Source: Macrostomum hystrix | Lineage: Eukaryota > Animalia > Platyhelminthes | DNA: 64,000 nucleotides | Assembly: GCA_950097015.1 (NCBI GenBank) | Contig: CATNEN010000001.1 | Location: forward strand, 5,642,001-5,706,000 | Direction of reading: 5' to 3' | Shown: positions 37,359 to 49,145 of the stretch, in pieces | Layout of the letters: each line of letters starts with the position of its first letter | Position numbering within the stretch: the stretch's first letter is position 1 | The notes under the pieces: generated by a model | Database searches by the model: none | What the model was told of the DNA's origin: nothing | What the model saw: only the letters and a program-made list of their open reading frames with translations | Program-made: the position numbers and the translations under genes

Positions 37359-39877
37359 ATGCAGCTGCTTGAGCAAAGTCTAATAGTAGCCACCTTGGCT
37401 ATGCTAGCTGCGCCATCCTATTCGCTTGAGGCGCACGAATACTGCGTGGTAGGCGCTGGACCTGCGGGCCTCCAGTTGGGCTACTTCCTGCGCGCAGCAG
37501 AGCACGACTACGTAATCATCGATCGGGCCCAGCGACCAGGGGCATTCTTTGAGACCTATCCTAGACACGACACTCTGATTAGCATTAACAAAAGGTGGAC
37601 GGATTCCAGGAACACCGAATATTCGCTGCGGCATGACTGGAACAGTTTGCTGTCGAACGACGCCCAGATGCAGATGCGTTACTATTCTGTGAAAATGTTC
37701 CCAAAACGGCGTGATATTTTGCTCTACTTAAAAGACTTCAAAGAAAGGTTTAATTTAAATGTACACTTTAATACGGAAGTGAAAGCAATGCAAAAGCTTC
37801 CGGATTCATTGGGATATAGATTCGCGCTGGAGACTAGCAAAGAGCGATACCACTGCCAGGTAGTGATCGTAGCTACAGGCCTATTCAAGATGAAGCCGCT
37901 CAACATCACAGGGCTGGAGCACACCACCTCGTATGATCAGATGTCGCTGAATCCGGCCGACTATGAGAACAAGCGAGTCCTCATCATCGGCAAGGGCAAT
38001 GCCGGCTTTGAAACCGCGGCGCATATCTATGGCCACACCCGGCTAATTCACATGCTGTCCAGACGCAGGGTGCGCCTAGCCTGGAGCACGCACTATGTTG
38101 GCGACCTTCGCGCGGTCAATAACGAACTGCTGGACACCTACCAGCTCAAGTCGATCGACGCACTACTAGAGCATGACGCAAATGACATGGTCATTCGCCG
38201 TAGACCTGATGGTCTGCTGTCCATTAATTCCAGGGCTTCGGAGCGGTTTGATCATGGAGTTTCCTCGGACGCCAATGAGCAATACGAGAAACTCTTGCCG
38301 AAAGTTTTGGACAAGCTGGGCGGGGATAACCAATCAGCGGTGGATCTGGATCTAGGCGGCGCATTCGATTTCAAATATGACATAATCATTCGCGCCAATG
38401 GCTTTGAATTTGATCGCTCCTGGCTGCCGAACATTACCACCACGGTCAGCGGAAAGTATCCAAAGATCTCTGCCAACTACGAGTCTGTCGACATGCCAGG
38501 CCTTTATTTCGCGGGCACCCTAGCGCACAGCTTGGACTATCGCAAGGCCGCCGGTGGCTTCATACACGGCTTTCGTTATACCGCGAGAGCGCTGCAGCGA
38601 CTGCTGGATGTCAAACGGCATGGTCGAGCCTGGCCCTCGCTGAGGCTGTCCTTGGACGGGCTACTCGATACCATGGTGCGCAAGATCAACGAAGGCTCTG
38701 GAACCTATCAGATGTTCCAGAATCTGGGCGATGTGTTCATTATCGATAGGCAAGTGATCAACGTGTTTTTACTGTTTTGCATGCTCAATTCTGGCCTGAG
38801 AAGTCGCATAACTAACATACTTTCTGAGCAGGCAGGCGTCCAACTTCACTTTACTCGAAGAGTTCCCACTGCGACTCCTGACTAGCCTGTCCGCAGCCAC
38901 CGGCCACAGAGTGCCAGCCGGCAGTCCCGTGTTCGTATTCGTCTTTGAGTACGGTAGAAACTTCTCCGGCCCAGCTCTTGACGTGTTCAGCGAGCAGCGC
39001 ACTGGTTGCGAAACAGCCAATGGGTACGAGTGCAACTTTCTACACCCGGTCATCTACAGGTACGACACGCTGCCAACTGCTAAAGAAGGTGAGTTAAGTG
39101 GAAAGATTATGAACTGTCTACTTAAAAACGGGTCACTAGAATTTTGCTCGGTAGTTCTAAAAATAGGTCCAGTTCACGCGAACACTTTAATAAACTTTTG
39201 GTAGCCTAAAAGACCTCAACTCGATGGTTCAAGAACAGACAGACGTACCTCACAAATTACATAGCACAGGTGACAGAGGCTAGGGAAACAGCTGCGGTGT
39301 AGCCAAAATACGGTTCCTTAGCAACATGCTTTGTTTTTTATAACTACAATAATTTTTACCCGAAGTGCCTTCAACCGTTTAAAGGTAAAATATTATTTGA
39401 AAAGCGATCTTTACAAAACGTTCCAAAGTAGTCTCCTGATGTCATCAACTGACCAGCTTTTCCCGGCCATTAAGTAGTCCAAATAGCTTCCCTATCCAGA
39501 CACACAAAATGTTTAGTGTGTGAGTTTGGATCACTCCAATACAGTTGTACCATCAATCCACAGCATCTGACAGCTCAACTAAAGCTAGTCCGTCGCGTCT
39601 GCCAAAGCCGACATCGCTAATTCACCTAGACGAAGATGTGCATACAAACTTCCGTGCCCAGATGAATCACATCAGACCGTTGGCCGCTTTCCTGGAAAAC
39701 GCGCTGAACCAGCCTCTCTATCCGGTGTCCCTGGAACGATGCGCTCTGCTTGCCCTGCTGCACGGTTCTAGTCAGGCCGTTGAGAACTGGTGCGGCGGCG
39801 ATGTCGGAACCGGTTCGGTGCCGAGAGGCTGGTCGATTGCCGACATGATGCAGAACGGCTGGACGCTGCAAGACTGA
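37359..39877 (+). CDS. FOXRED2: FAD-dependent oxidoreductase domain-containing protein 2 (ERFAD); exons 37359-38749, 38832-39088, 39564-39877; 653 aa
   Basis: Signal peptide, YCVVGAGPAGLQLGYFL, YPRHDTLISINK, LRHDWNSLLS, GKGNAGFE, WSTHYVGDLRAVNN, GGFIHGFRYTARA, EYGRNFSGP, NFLHPVIY. Intron 1 is GC-AG. Confidence 0.95.
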
Positions 39878-40149
39878 GTGTTTAAGCTTTCGACGGCGGC
39901 TGAACTTATATTAGATTACGAGTATATCTTACAACACGGACAGTTCAAGCTGATGTATAGCCTGGCTTCAGTAGATCATGTTAACAAGAATGTCTATTAG
40001 TGCACTGGTTACACTCAGTGCTTGAGGTAAATCACCTAGCATCTGCTGGGAAGAGATACATTTATTAACATTTAAAATAACTTCTATGATACCTGTAAAG
40101 ATACCTGTAGCAAGTAGACTGGCACCAATAACACTTGTTGAAGTTTTTG

Positions 40150-40590
40150 TACTCGTACCTGAAGATGCCTGTCAGACTGGCTCTTAAGATACCTGTCGGA
40201 CTGGCTCTTAAAATACCTGTCAGACTGGCACTTGAGATACCTTCAGACCGGCTCTTAAGATACCTGTCAGACTGGCTCTTTAGATACCTGTCAGACTGGC
40301 TCTTTAGATACCTGTCAGACTGGCTATTAAGATACCTGTCAGACTGGCTATTAAGATACCTGTCAGACTGGCTCTTAAGATACCTGTCAGACTGGTTCTT
40401 TAGATACCTGTCAGACTGGCTATTAAGATACCTGTCAGACTGGCTCTTTAGATACCTGTCAGACTGGCTATTAAGATACCTGTCAGACTGGCACTTAAGA
40501 TACCTGTCAGACTGGCACTTAAGGTACCTGTCAGACTGGCACTTAAGGTACCTGTCAGACTGGCACTTAAGGTACCTGTCAGACTGGCAT
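40150..40590. repeat. 21-bp tandem repeat (core GATACCTGTCAGACTGG), ~20 copies
   Basis: Seen directly. Confidence 0.97.
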
Positions 40591-41299
40591 GAAATAAAAG
40601 TTTCAAGAAAAGAAACCAACTTGTCGTACCTGAACTAATATTTCCAGAAGGTGCGAAAACCGCGGCTAACAGAAAACTGATCATTCCTTATCAAACGCCA
40701 AAAACTCACATCTATTTAGGCGCATAGCAACTATAAAGCCATCAAGTCATCAAATCACACACATCCATATGCAGCGTAAAATTTAAATTATGAAGAAAAT
40801 AAAGAACAAGATATTCTACTTTGTCAAGCACCGTAGAAAAAAGCAGAAAGAAAAATATAATTTTTATAATTTAATACGATTAAATGTCCTGTATTCAACA
40901 GCTGTTAGAAGGTTATGACAAAAACAGCAGACTTTACATTAGAAATGCTGCATTTTAAACCAAAATTTAAATAATCAATACACACGGTTAAAGCAAATCT
41001 ATTTAAAGTTAAGTGAATTAAAAAAAAATAGTTAGCACCAAATTACTGTTTAAGCCCTGCAACATGTTCCTTTGGAAAGTTGAAACTATAAGAAAATAAT
41101 AAAATATTTTGTTTTTAATATTGTCATTTTATTAATAGTTTAAATTAACTACGGAATTATAAAATAGACACATAGGAGTAAGAAGTACTTTACTTCAAGC
41201 TAGGTTGCTGTAATGCGTTGCTTAAATATTTATATGCAGGCAGATATGGGATACCTATGAGTAGAAATAGGATATCTTCGAATAGAGATTGGAATTTCA

Positions 41300-43520
41300 T
41301 GGCTAGAGATGGGAGATACAAGTGTAGAGATGGGAAATCTGATTGTAGAGATGGGAAATCTGATTGTAGAGATGGGATATCGAAGTGTAGAGATGGGAAA
41401 TCTGATTGTAGAGATGGGATATCTAAGTGCAGAGATGGGAAATCTGATTGTAGAGATAGGATATCTAAGTGTAGAGATGGGAAATCTGATTGTAGAGATG
41501 GGATATCTAAGTGTAGAGATGGGATATCCAATTGTAGAGATGGGATATCCAAGTGTAGAGATGGGATATCTGATTGTAGAGATGGGATATCCAATTGTAG
41601 AGATGGGATATCTAATTTTAGAGATGGGATATCTAAGTGTAGAGATGGGATATCTGATTGTAGAGATGGGATATCTAAGTGCAGAGATGGGAAATCTGAT
41701 TGTAGAGATGGGATATCTAAGTGTAGAGATGGGAAATCTGATTGTAGAGATGGGATATCTAAGTGTAGAGATGGGATATCCAATTGTAGAGATGGGATAT
41801 CCAAGTGTAGAGATGGGATATCTGATTGTAGAGATGGGATATCCAATTGTAGAGATGGGATATCCAAGTGTAGAGATGGGATATCTGATTGTAGAGATGG
41901 GATATCCAATTGTAGAGATGGGATATCTAATTTTAGAGATGGGATATCTAATTGTAGAGATGGGATATCTAATTGTAGAGATGTGATATCTAATTGTAGA
42001 GATGGGATATCTGATTGTAGAGATGGGATATCTAATTGCAGAGATGGGATATCTAAGTGTAGAGATGGGATATCTAATTGTAAAGATGGGATATCCAATT
42101 GTAGAGATGGGATATCTAATTGTAGAGATGGGATTTCTAATTGTAGAGATGGGATATCTAATTGTAGAGATGGGATATCTAATTGTAGAGATGGGATATC
42201 TAATTGTAGAGATGTGATATCTAATTGTAGAGATGGGATATCTGATTGTAGAGATGGGATATCTAATTGTAGAGATGGGATATCTAAGTGTAGAGATGGG
42301 ATATCTAATTGTAAAGATGGGATATCCAATTGTAGAGATGGGATATCTAATTGTAGAGATGGGATATCTAATTGTAGAGATGGGATATCTAATTGTAGAG
42401 ATGTGATATCTAATTGTAGAGATGTGATATCTAATTGTAGAGATGGGATATCTAATTGTAGAGATGGGATATCTAATTGTAGAGATGGGATATCTAATTG
42501 TAGAGATGGGATATCTGATTGTAGAGATGGGATATCTGATTGTAGAGATGGGATATCTAATTGTAGAGATGGGATATCTAATTGTAGAGATGGGATATCC
42601 AATTGTAGAGATGGGATATCTAATTGTAGAGATGGGATATCTGATTGTAGAGATGGGATATCCAATTGTAGAGATGGGATATCCAAGTGTAGAGATGGGA
42701 TATCTGATTGTAGAGATGGGATATCCAATTGTAGAGATGGGATATCTAATTTTAGAGATTGGATATCTAATTGTAGAGATGGGATATCTAATTGTAGAGA
42801 TGTGATATCTAATTGTAGAGATGGGATATCTGATTGTAGAGATGGGATATCTAATTGCAGAGATGGGATATCTAAGTGTAGAGATGGGATATCTAATTGT
42901 AAAGATGGGATATCCAATTGTAGAGATGGGATATCTAATTGTAGAGATGGGATTTCTAATTGTAGAGATGGGATATCTAATTGTAGAGATGGGATATCTA
43001 ATTGTAGAGATGGGATATCTAATTGTAGAGATGTGATATCTAATTGTAGAGATGGGATATCTGATTGTAGAGATGGGATATCTAATTGTAGAGATGGGAT
43101 ATCTAAGTGTAGAGATGGGATATCTAATTGTAAAGATGGGATATCCAATTGTAGAGATGGGATATCTAATTGTAGAGATGGGATATCTAATTGTAGAGAT
43201 GGGATATCTAATTGTAGAGATGTGATATCTAATTGTAGAGATGTGATATCTAATTGTAGAGATGGGATATCTAATTGTAGAGATGGGATATCTAATTGTA
43301 GAGATGGGATATCTAATTGTAGAGATGGGATATCTGATTGTAGAGATGGGATATCTGATTGTAGAGATGGGATATCTAATTGTAGAGATGGGATATCTAA
43401 TTGTAGAGATGGGATATCTGATTGTAGAGATGGGATATCTAATTGTACAGAAAGAATACTTGAATGTAGAGATAGGATATCTAATTGTAGAGATAGGATA
43501 TCTACGTGTAGAAATAGGAC
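41300..43520. repeat. 21-bp satellite (TGTAGAGATGGGATATCTAAT), ~105 copies, with 819-bp higher-order duplication
   Basis: Identical variant patterns start at 42002 and 42821; matching ORF starts at 42443 and 43262. Offset 819 = 39 units. Confidence 0.97.
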
Positions 43521-43582
43521 ATTTCAATAATTAGAGAACTGGTTCTTAAAAACGAACACTAAACAATGACCACGAAATAGAA

Positions 43583-45249
43583 TTAAGCGATAACTTGTAC
43601 ATCCTCAACACCGGAATTCTCGCGCACACTCAGGTGCTTAGCTGATGTCATTGGACTGTGCCGCGGGTTCAGCTGCTCTGTATCGGCGTGATACCTCATG
43701 TGCAGCTTGAGACTCAGCCGGTGAGTGAAGCACTTGCTGCAGATTGAGCAACAGTGAGGCCTCTCGCCGGTGTGCAGCCGCATGTGGTCCTCCAGGGTGT
43801 TAGCCTGCCGGAAGCGCTGACCGCACAGGTCGCACTTGTGAGGTTTGTCACCGGTGTGGGTGAGCAGGTGATGGTTGAGATGGGCCAGCTGACGAAATGC
43901 CCGACCGCAGAGTTCGCAATCGAATGGCTTTTCGTCCCGATGGATGCGCATGTGCACCTGGGGGTGCGATTGGTTAAGTTGCAGGCGATAATCCGAAGTT
44001 CTAGCCAATCAGATAACAGTAGCAACCCTCCGATATAACCTAGCCAATCAGATAACAGTAGCAACCCTGCGATATAACCTAGCCAATCAGATAACAGTAG
44101 CAGTAGATCAGATTATCTGTTATCAGGTAACAGATAACAGTAGCAACCCTCCGATATAACCTAGCCAATCAGATAACAGTAGCAACCCTCCGATATAACC
44201 TAGCCAATCAGATAGCAGTAGCAACCCTCCGATATAACCTAGCCAATCAGATAGCAGTAGCAACCCTCCGATATAACCTATCCAATCAGATAACAGTAGC
44301 AACCCTCCGATCCCACCTAGCCAATCAGAGAATAGTAGTGGAATATTAGGGATCTACTGATCTAACCTAGCCAATCAGAGAATAGTTGAAACTACTAATC
44401 ACATGAACCCTCTGTCTCAACCAATCAGAGAAATGTATCACTATTTCGTCTAGGACTGATCGCTGAGCTAATCACCTTCAGATATCCCTGGCTTGCGTAG
44501 GCTTTGTCGCAGATACTACAGTGGTGCTTTTTATCCAGATGATGAATCGGCACGTGCCTTTTTAGGCTAGTGGAAGTGGCGAAACACTTTCCGCACTGAT
44601 TGCACTCGTGTGGCTTTTCGCCAGTGTGAGTCTCCAGGTGGTTGCGTAGGTGAGCAAACAGGTGAAAACGTCGCTGACAAATGTAACAAGAGAACTGTTT
44701 GTCTCTATCGATGCTCATTAGGCGAGCTTTCACAGCTGCCACAGAAACTTGACGCTCATCTGTTAACTGTCTGAGCTGCTCTGAGAACTGATTCTTCTTC
44801 TCAACTGGGCCCAGTTTCACCAGCTCAGAATGGCTATCAAAATGTTTGCCGTGCTTATCAGACAGATAGTTGGCCAGCCTACTTATAGTAGAGTTTAACG
44901 ATGGCAGCGTTGCTGAAGCTTCGATTTCAACTATGGCCGCGACTGCTTCGCTCTCTAGCCATCCGTAGCAATTGTCCTCCTGTTCGCCATTGGCTTCAGA
45001 ACCTGTTAGATAATGATGACCTTCATCGTTTGTTACCGACGGTACAGCTCCCGGTTCTTGCTTTACCTGAAGAAACGACGGTTTTGGCGCAAATTTGTTC
45101 TTTAATCTAGCCAGTAACTGGTTGAGCTCGTCGTCTTGATGAATCTGCAGACGCTGTTCTCGACTGTAACAGGGCTCCACATTCTCAAGCGCATGCTCAA
45201 CAGTCTCAACTGGCACGGAAGGCCGAAATGACATTTGATCGCTGCTCAT
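43583..45249 (-). CDS. C2H2 zinc-finger protein, 6 fingers; exons 45249-44476 and 43957-43583; 382 aa
   Basis: CxxC...HxxxH repeats with TGEKP/TGDKP/TGERP linkers. Splice joins finger 3 (GYLK|VHMRIH). Confidence 0.92.
44000..44390. repeat. 39-bp intronic tandem repeat containing CCAAT (CTAGCCAATCAGATAACAGTAGCAACCCTCCGATATAAC)
   Basis: About 9 units seen directly in the ZNF intron. Confidence 0.95.
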
Positions 45250-45310
45250 TACTCACTTTTGCCTACCGATTCAAGCAACAGGCGCTGAAAATTTAAGACA
45301 ACGTTCTAGC

Positions 45311-45655
45311 AGTGAACAGTCTGAGCTGGTCATGATGGGAGTGTGAACAGTCTGAGCTGGTCATGATGGGAGTGTGAACAGTCTGAGCTGGTCATGATGG
45401 GAGTGTGAACAGTCTGAGCTGGTCATGATGGGAGTGTGTACAGTCTGAGCTGGTCATGATGGGAGTGTGTACAGTCTGAGCTGGTCATGATGGGAGTGTG
45501 TACAGTCTGAGCTGGTCATGATGGGAGTGTAAACAGTCTGAACTGGTCATGATGGGAGTGTAAACAGTCTGAACTGGTCATGATGGGAGTGTAAACAGTC
45601 TGAACTGGTCATGATGGGAGTGTGAACAGTCTGAACTGGTCATGATGGGAGTATT
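45311..45655. repeat. 31-bp tandem repeat (GTGAACAGTCTGAGCTGGTCATGATGGGAGT), ~11 copies, just upstream of the ZNF start
   Basis: Seen directly. Confidence 0.96.
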
Positions 45656-45854
45656 AACAATCTAATTTGATCATCTTTGGATTTGAACTAGATGAAATAA
45701 AGTAAAACTACAACTAAAAGGTGAATTTTAGAAAACTAGCGGTAAGTTGCAAAAGTAAAAGTGTATGTCTGGTGTTAAAAATAGGATAACTGTATGTCCA
45801 GGACAGCAAAGCGATTAAAATACAATCAAAATGTGTCTGGCAAAGCCGTGCCTC

Positions 45855-46258
45855 AACAGTAGAACTACCAACGGGGGGTTTCCGCAATTTAGGCGCAATT
45901 TAGCACTGCGACTCAGTGCGGCCTTGCCAGGCCTTCAAAGTTTATCAGCATGTCACCCGAATGTGCCTGCATCATCTCCGTCTTCGGTGATCACCTACCT
46001 TTATCCAGATGGATTTGCTGGACCTTCAAGGGCTACAACAGGTGGAAATAGGCCACTATTGACACCCTGACGTGAATTTCTCCAATTTCACAGATCAAGC
46101 CAAAATACTAGTAGCTCAACCACATTACACCATCGTCTAGTCTGTCAACCAATCAGTCACCACCCGACGTTGTTAGCATTCAGACGCTGCCAAAAAAGTT
46201 TCCAAGGCCCAGGGTGGTATCGAAACGGGTGTCAAAATGATTTGGTAGTCCTACTGTT
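45855..46258. mobile_element. MITE with ~17-bp TIRs AACAGTAG(A/G)ACTACCAA
   Basis: TIRs at 45855-45871 and 46242-46258. Second copy at 13638-13972. Confidence 0.8.
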
Positions 46259-46531
46259 AATAAACATGGGTATTTTTCTATTGATTGACTTTAAAGTATG
46301 CGTAATAAAACCAACACATGACTAGGATATTTGATTTGAAATATATATAAAATCTATGACAGCATACAATTATTTACGGCTTAACAAAAAATAAGAGTAA
46401 ACGAGAAAGATGTGGGTTGGATGAATAAACGTTAAGAATTGACTAGAATCGCGTCATCAATAAATCGTCACATTTTAATGAGCCGCTAGATAACGTTTAA
46501 AATGATAAATATTTACTGTTACTTATGAATT

Positions 46532-47772
46532 TCAATCAGCTACAAATAGTATGGCTTGGAACAACGATAACAGCAGAATTGAGATCGATAGAAACGGTGC
46601 TACACGAATCGCGCCAACAGTCATAAAGTCACTCTCGTGTTGATGCCCCGAACAGTTGATCTCGTCCGATGGCAATTTCCTAACAGTTTCGTTGCCAGAA
46701 ATGGCAGCACTAGTTGTGTCCAGACAGTCGTCATAGCCATTGCAGACGTGATTGCCGTAGATGCAATGACCTCCGCTACTGTTGGCCTTTTTAGAACCGC
46801 ACCAGAAACCATTCTGAAACAGGCAAGCCCTGATCTGTCGTCTTCTAGTTAACGAAGCTCGATTCCGATACCGGGCATACACCAATACCGAGACTGTCAT
46901 TGACGATGGCAGAGATTGGTTAGCTCGAAGCCATGACAACCGGCTGTATCTGCGAATATGCATGGGTTTTTATAACAATAAGTGAACATTTTAAAACAGT
47001 AAATTTCCTTGAATTTTTTATTCTACGCCAGTTTCTATTTTTAGAAACTGAAGATAAAGATGACGTCAGATTCTTTTATTAGAACCAGGATGAAAATGAA
47101 TACGGATTCTATTTTTAGAATCGGGATGAAAATGACGTCAGATTCTATTTTTATAACAAGGATTAAGATGACAAATCATTAAGTTAAACGTATATTATAC
47201 TGTGTAAAAATCAATAAAAACAAATACGAAAAAGCATACCTATACTTTGCCTTATGCAAATAAGGATAGACACGATTAGTACAATTGAACTCTTTCGATT
47301 CGCTAGCTATTTTATTATGCCAGTGCTGATGCTGCGCCAGCTCACTATAATCGGAAGAGTTTAGAAAGAGTCTGTCTCCACAGTCTGGCGCAGAATTGAT
47401 GCGAAAGGCGATTCGCCAAGCGATTGCGCCGCCAAGATCGTCAGAGTTGCTGCTAACAGCGGCCCAGGTGACTGAACTGTCGCATAGAACGAAATTATCT
47501 AGAATAGAATCGTCCGGTTGCTGTGTACTAATCAATAGACTGTGATCAATATAGCTCAGCCCATTGTCCAATATACCGCATCTTCTGTTACTCTGTGGCA
47601 ATAAAAAGTTGGTTATTTGAGCTTGCTGCTGCTTTAACGGCTGCGATGTAGTCTGCGGATAATTATCTAGCAATTGATCGGGCTTTTGAATAATAACACC
47701 TGCCGAATCGTCTGATGAGCTAGCAAGAACGGCCCAAACTAGAGTCGTCAATGTTGCGACAATTAACAGCAT
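46532..47772 (-). CDS. Secreted or GPI-anchored protein with LDL-receptor class A module and a probable divergent CUB-like domain; exons 47772-47240 and 46949-46532; 316 aa
   Basis: Signal peptide MLLIVATLTTLVWAVLA. LDLa pattern C...FWC...CIYGNHVCNGYDDCLD...SDEINC. Terminal hydrophobic stretch with no cytoplasmic tail. CUB call rests only on Cys spacing (DCGDRLFL). Confidence 0.8.
47035..47170. repeat. Degenerate ~38-bp intronic tandem repeat (GATGAAAATGACGTCAGATTCTATTTTTAGAA core)
   Basis: 3-4 imperfect units. Confidence 0.75.
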
Positions 47773-48430
47773 TGAAGTGAAGTTCAACCCGTCCGCTTCT
47801 GCACAAAAGCTCTGAATGTTCTAGTTTTATGAAAGCTGCAATTTTTGTAGAAATGTGATCAAACAATAATTAATTTGTTGTAAGTACTGTTGATTTTTGC
47901 TTATCCTAAGAAACTCATTAGGACTACCAAATGTAAAAATGGCCTGAGCCTATAAAAAACTAAAATCAGAGCAAAAGAGCTTTTCTCAATTCAACAAATG
48001 AAAACGTATGAAATCAGTGTAGTTCCTTTTGCGGGAGTGTATCTTGTTGTAAAAATTGTAGTAATATAAGAACATCTAAATCAAAGAATTTTAAGACACG
48101 AATAAAGATAAAAATTGACATCTAGTAAAGGCAGAAAATTTTTGCGACTTTGCCACCCCAAAGTGCGAGCGCATGGACCAAGTCAAGACTGCTGGTTCCA
48201 CAATATGTAAACATAGTTGTAGAATTTCCCAGATATCAGTCTGTCATAAATAAACATGGCTGCACAGTTGGATTGAAATGCCGCTGATTGCTAACCAATC
48301 AAATGGACGGAGATTCAAATTGAAATGTTCTTGTCTTCGACAAAAATCGCTGAATAGTTTGACGATGCTGACTCGGACGGGTTTGAAAATTAGTTTGGGA
48401 GCTTAGTTTAGTTTAGTTTAATTAGTTTAG

Positions 48431-48688
48431 TTCGGTTTGGGAGCTTAGCAAAGTAGGCAGTGGGTATTCGGTTTGGGAGCTTAGCAAAGTAGGCAGTGGG
48501 TATTCGGTTTGGGAGCCATAGCAAAGTAGGCAGTGGGTATTCGGTTTGGGAGCTTAGCAAAGTAGGCAGTGGGTATTCGGTTTGGGAGCCATAGCAAAGT
48601 AGGCAGTGGGTTTTCGGTTTGGGAGCTTAGCAAAGTAGGCAGTGGGTATTCGGTTTGGGAGCCATAGCAAAGTAGGCAGTGGGTTTTC
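48431..48688. repeat. 36-bp tandem repeat (TTCGGTTTGGGAGCTTAGCAAAGTAGGCAGTGGGTA), 7 copies
   Basis: Seen directly. No spacers. Confidence 0.97.
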
Positions 48689-48923
48689 GAAATACCCTGT
48701 GGTGTTTCTCCAGGGGGCGGAAATAGGATGGTAATTCTTAGCTCTTTCTACTGTACTGTAAAGGTAAAATAAGTGCACTCTGTCTGAATAGAATGAAAAC
48801 TGATTCAAAATTCAAATTCAAAATTGATTTTGAACACATGGCTCGGGAAATACAGTGCATGCCATATAGACATTCCTGCATTAAAACACTAACAAGTTCC
48901 AAGCTGTTACAGTGTATCTATTT

Positions 48924-49145
48924 TTAAACTTGATTACTTAGCTCAGATAAAGGCACTGGTTGAGCGTCTATAACCTTTACTGTATTAGCAGTATCTGTAT
49001 TAGAATTATCTGGATCATTGTATACATGCGATTGACTTTGCCCAGCAGCACATAGATCAGGCACACTGCTAGCAGGACTAGAGCCAGCAGAAGATGATGT
49101 ACCCATTGTGGTCTGACAGCAGGCGCACTGACAGCAGTTGCACAT
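48924..49145 (-). CDS. Small protein with Cys-rich N-terminus (MCNCCQCACCQ), 73 aa; upstream exon ~49304-49243
   Basis: Acceptor tttgccacag at 49151, donor C|gtaagt at 49243. GC-richer island in AT-rich DNA. Confidence 0.5.
   Translation of the reverse strand: MCNCCQCACCQTTMGTSSSAGSSPASSVPDLCAAGQSQSHVYNDPDNSNTDTANTVKVIDAQPVPLSELSNQV

Noticed and set aside
41190-43530. 652-770 aa ORFs on both strands
   Set aside because: Translations of a 21-bp satellite, open in several frames at once, with no unique coding flanks.
48431-48688. CRISPR-like 30-39 bp repeats (also 5389, 44000, 45311)
   Set aside because: Head-to-tail units without unique spacers, no cas genes, eukaryotic context.
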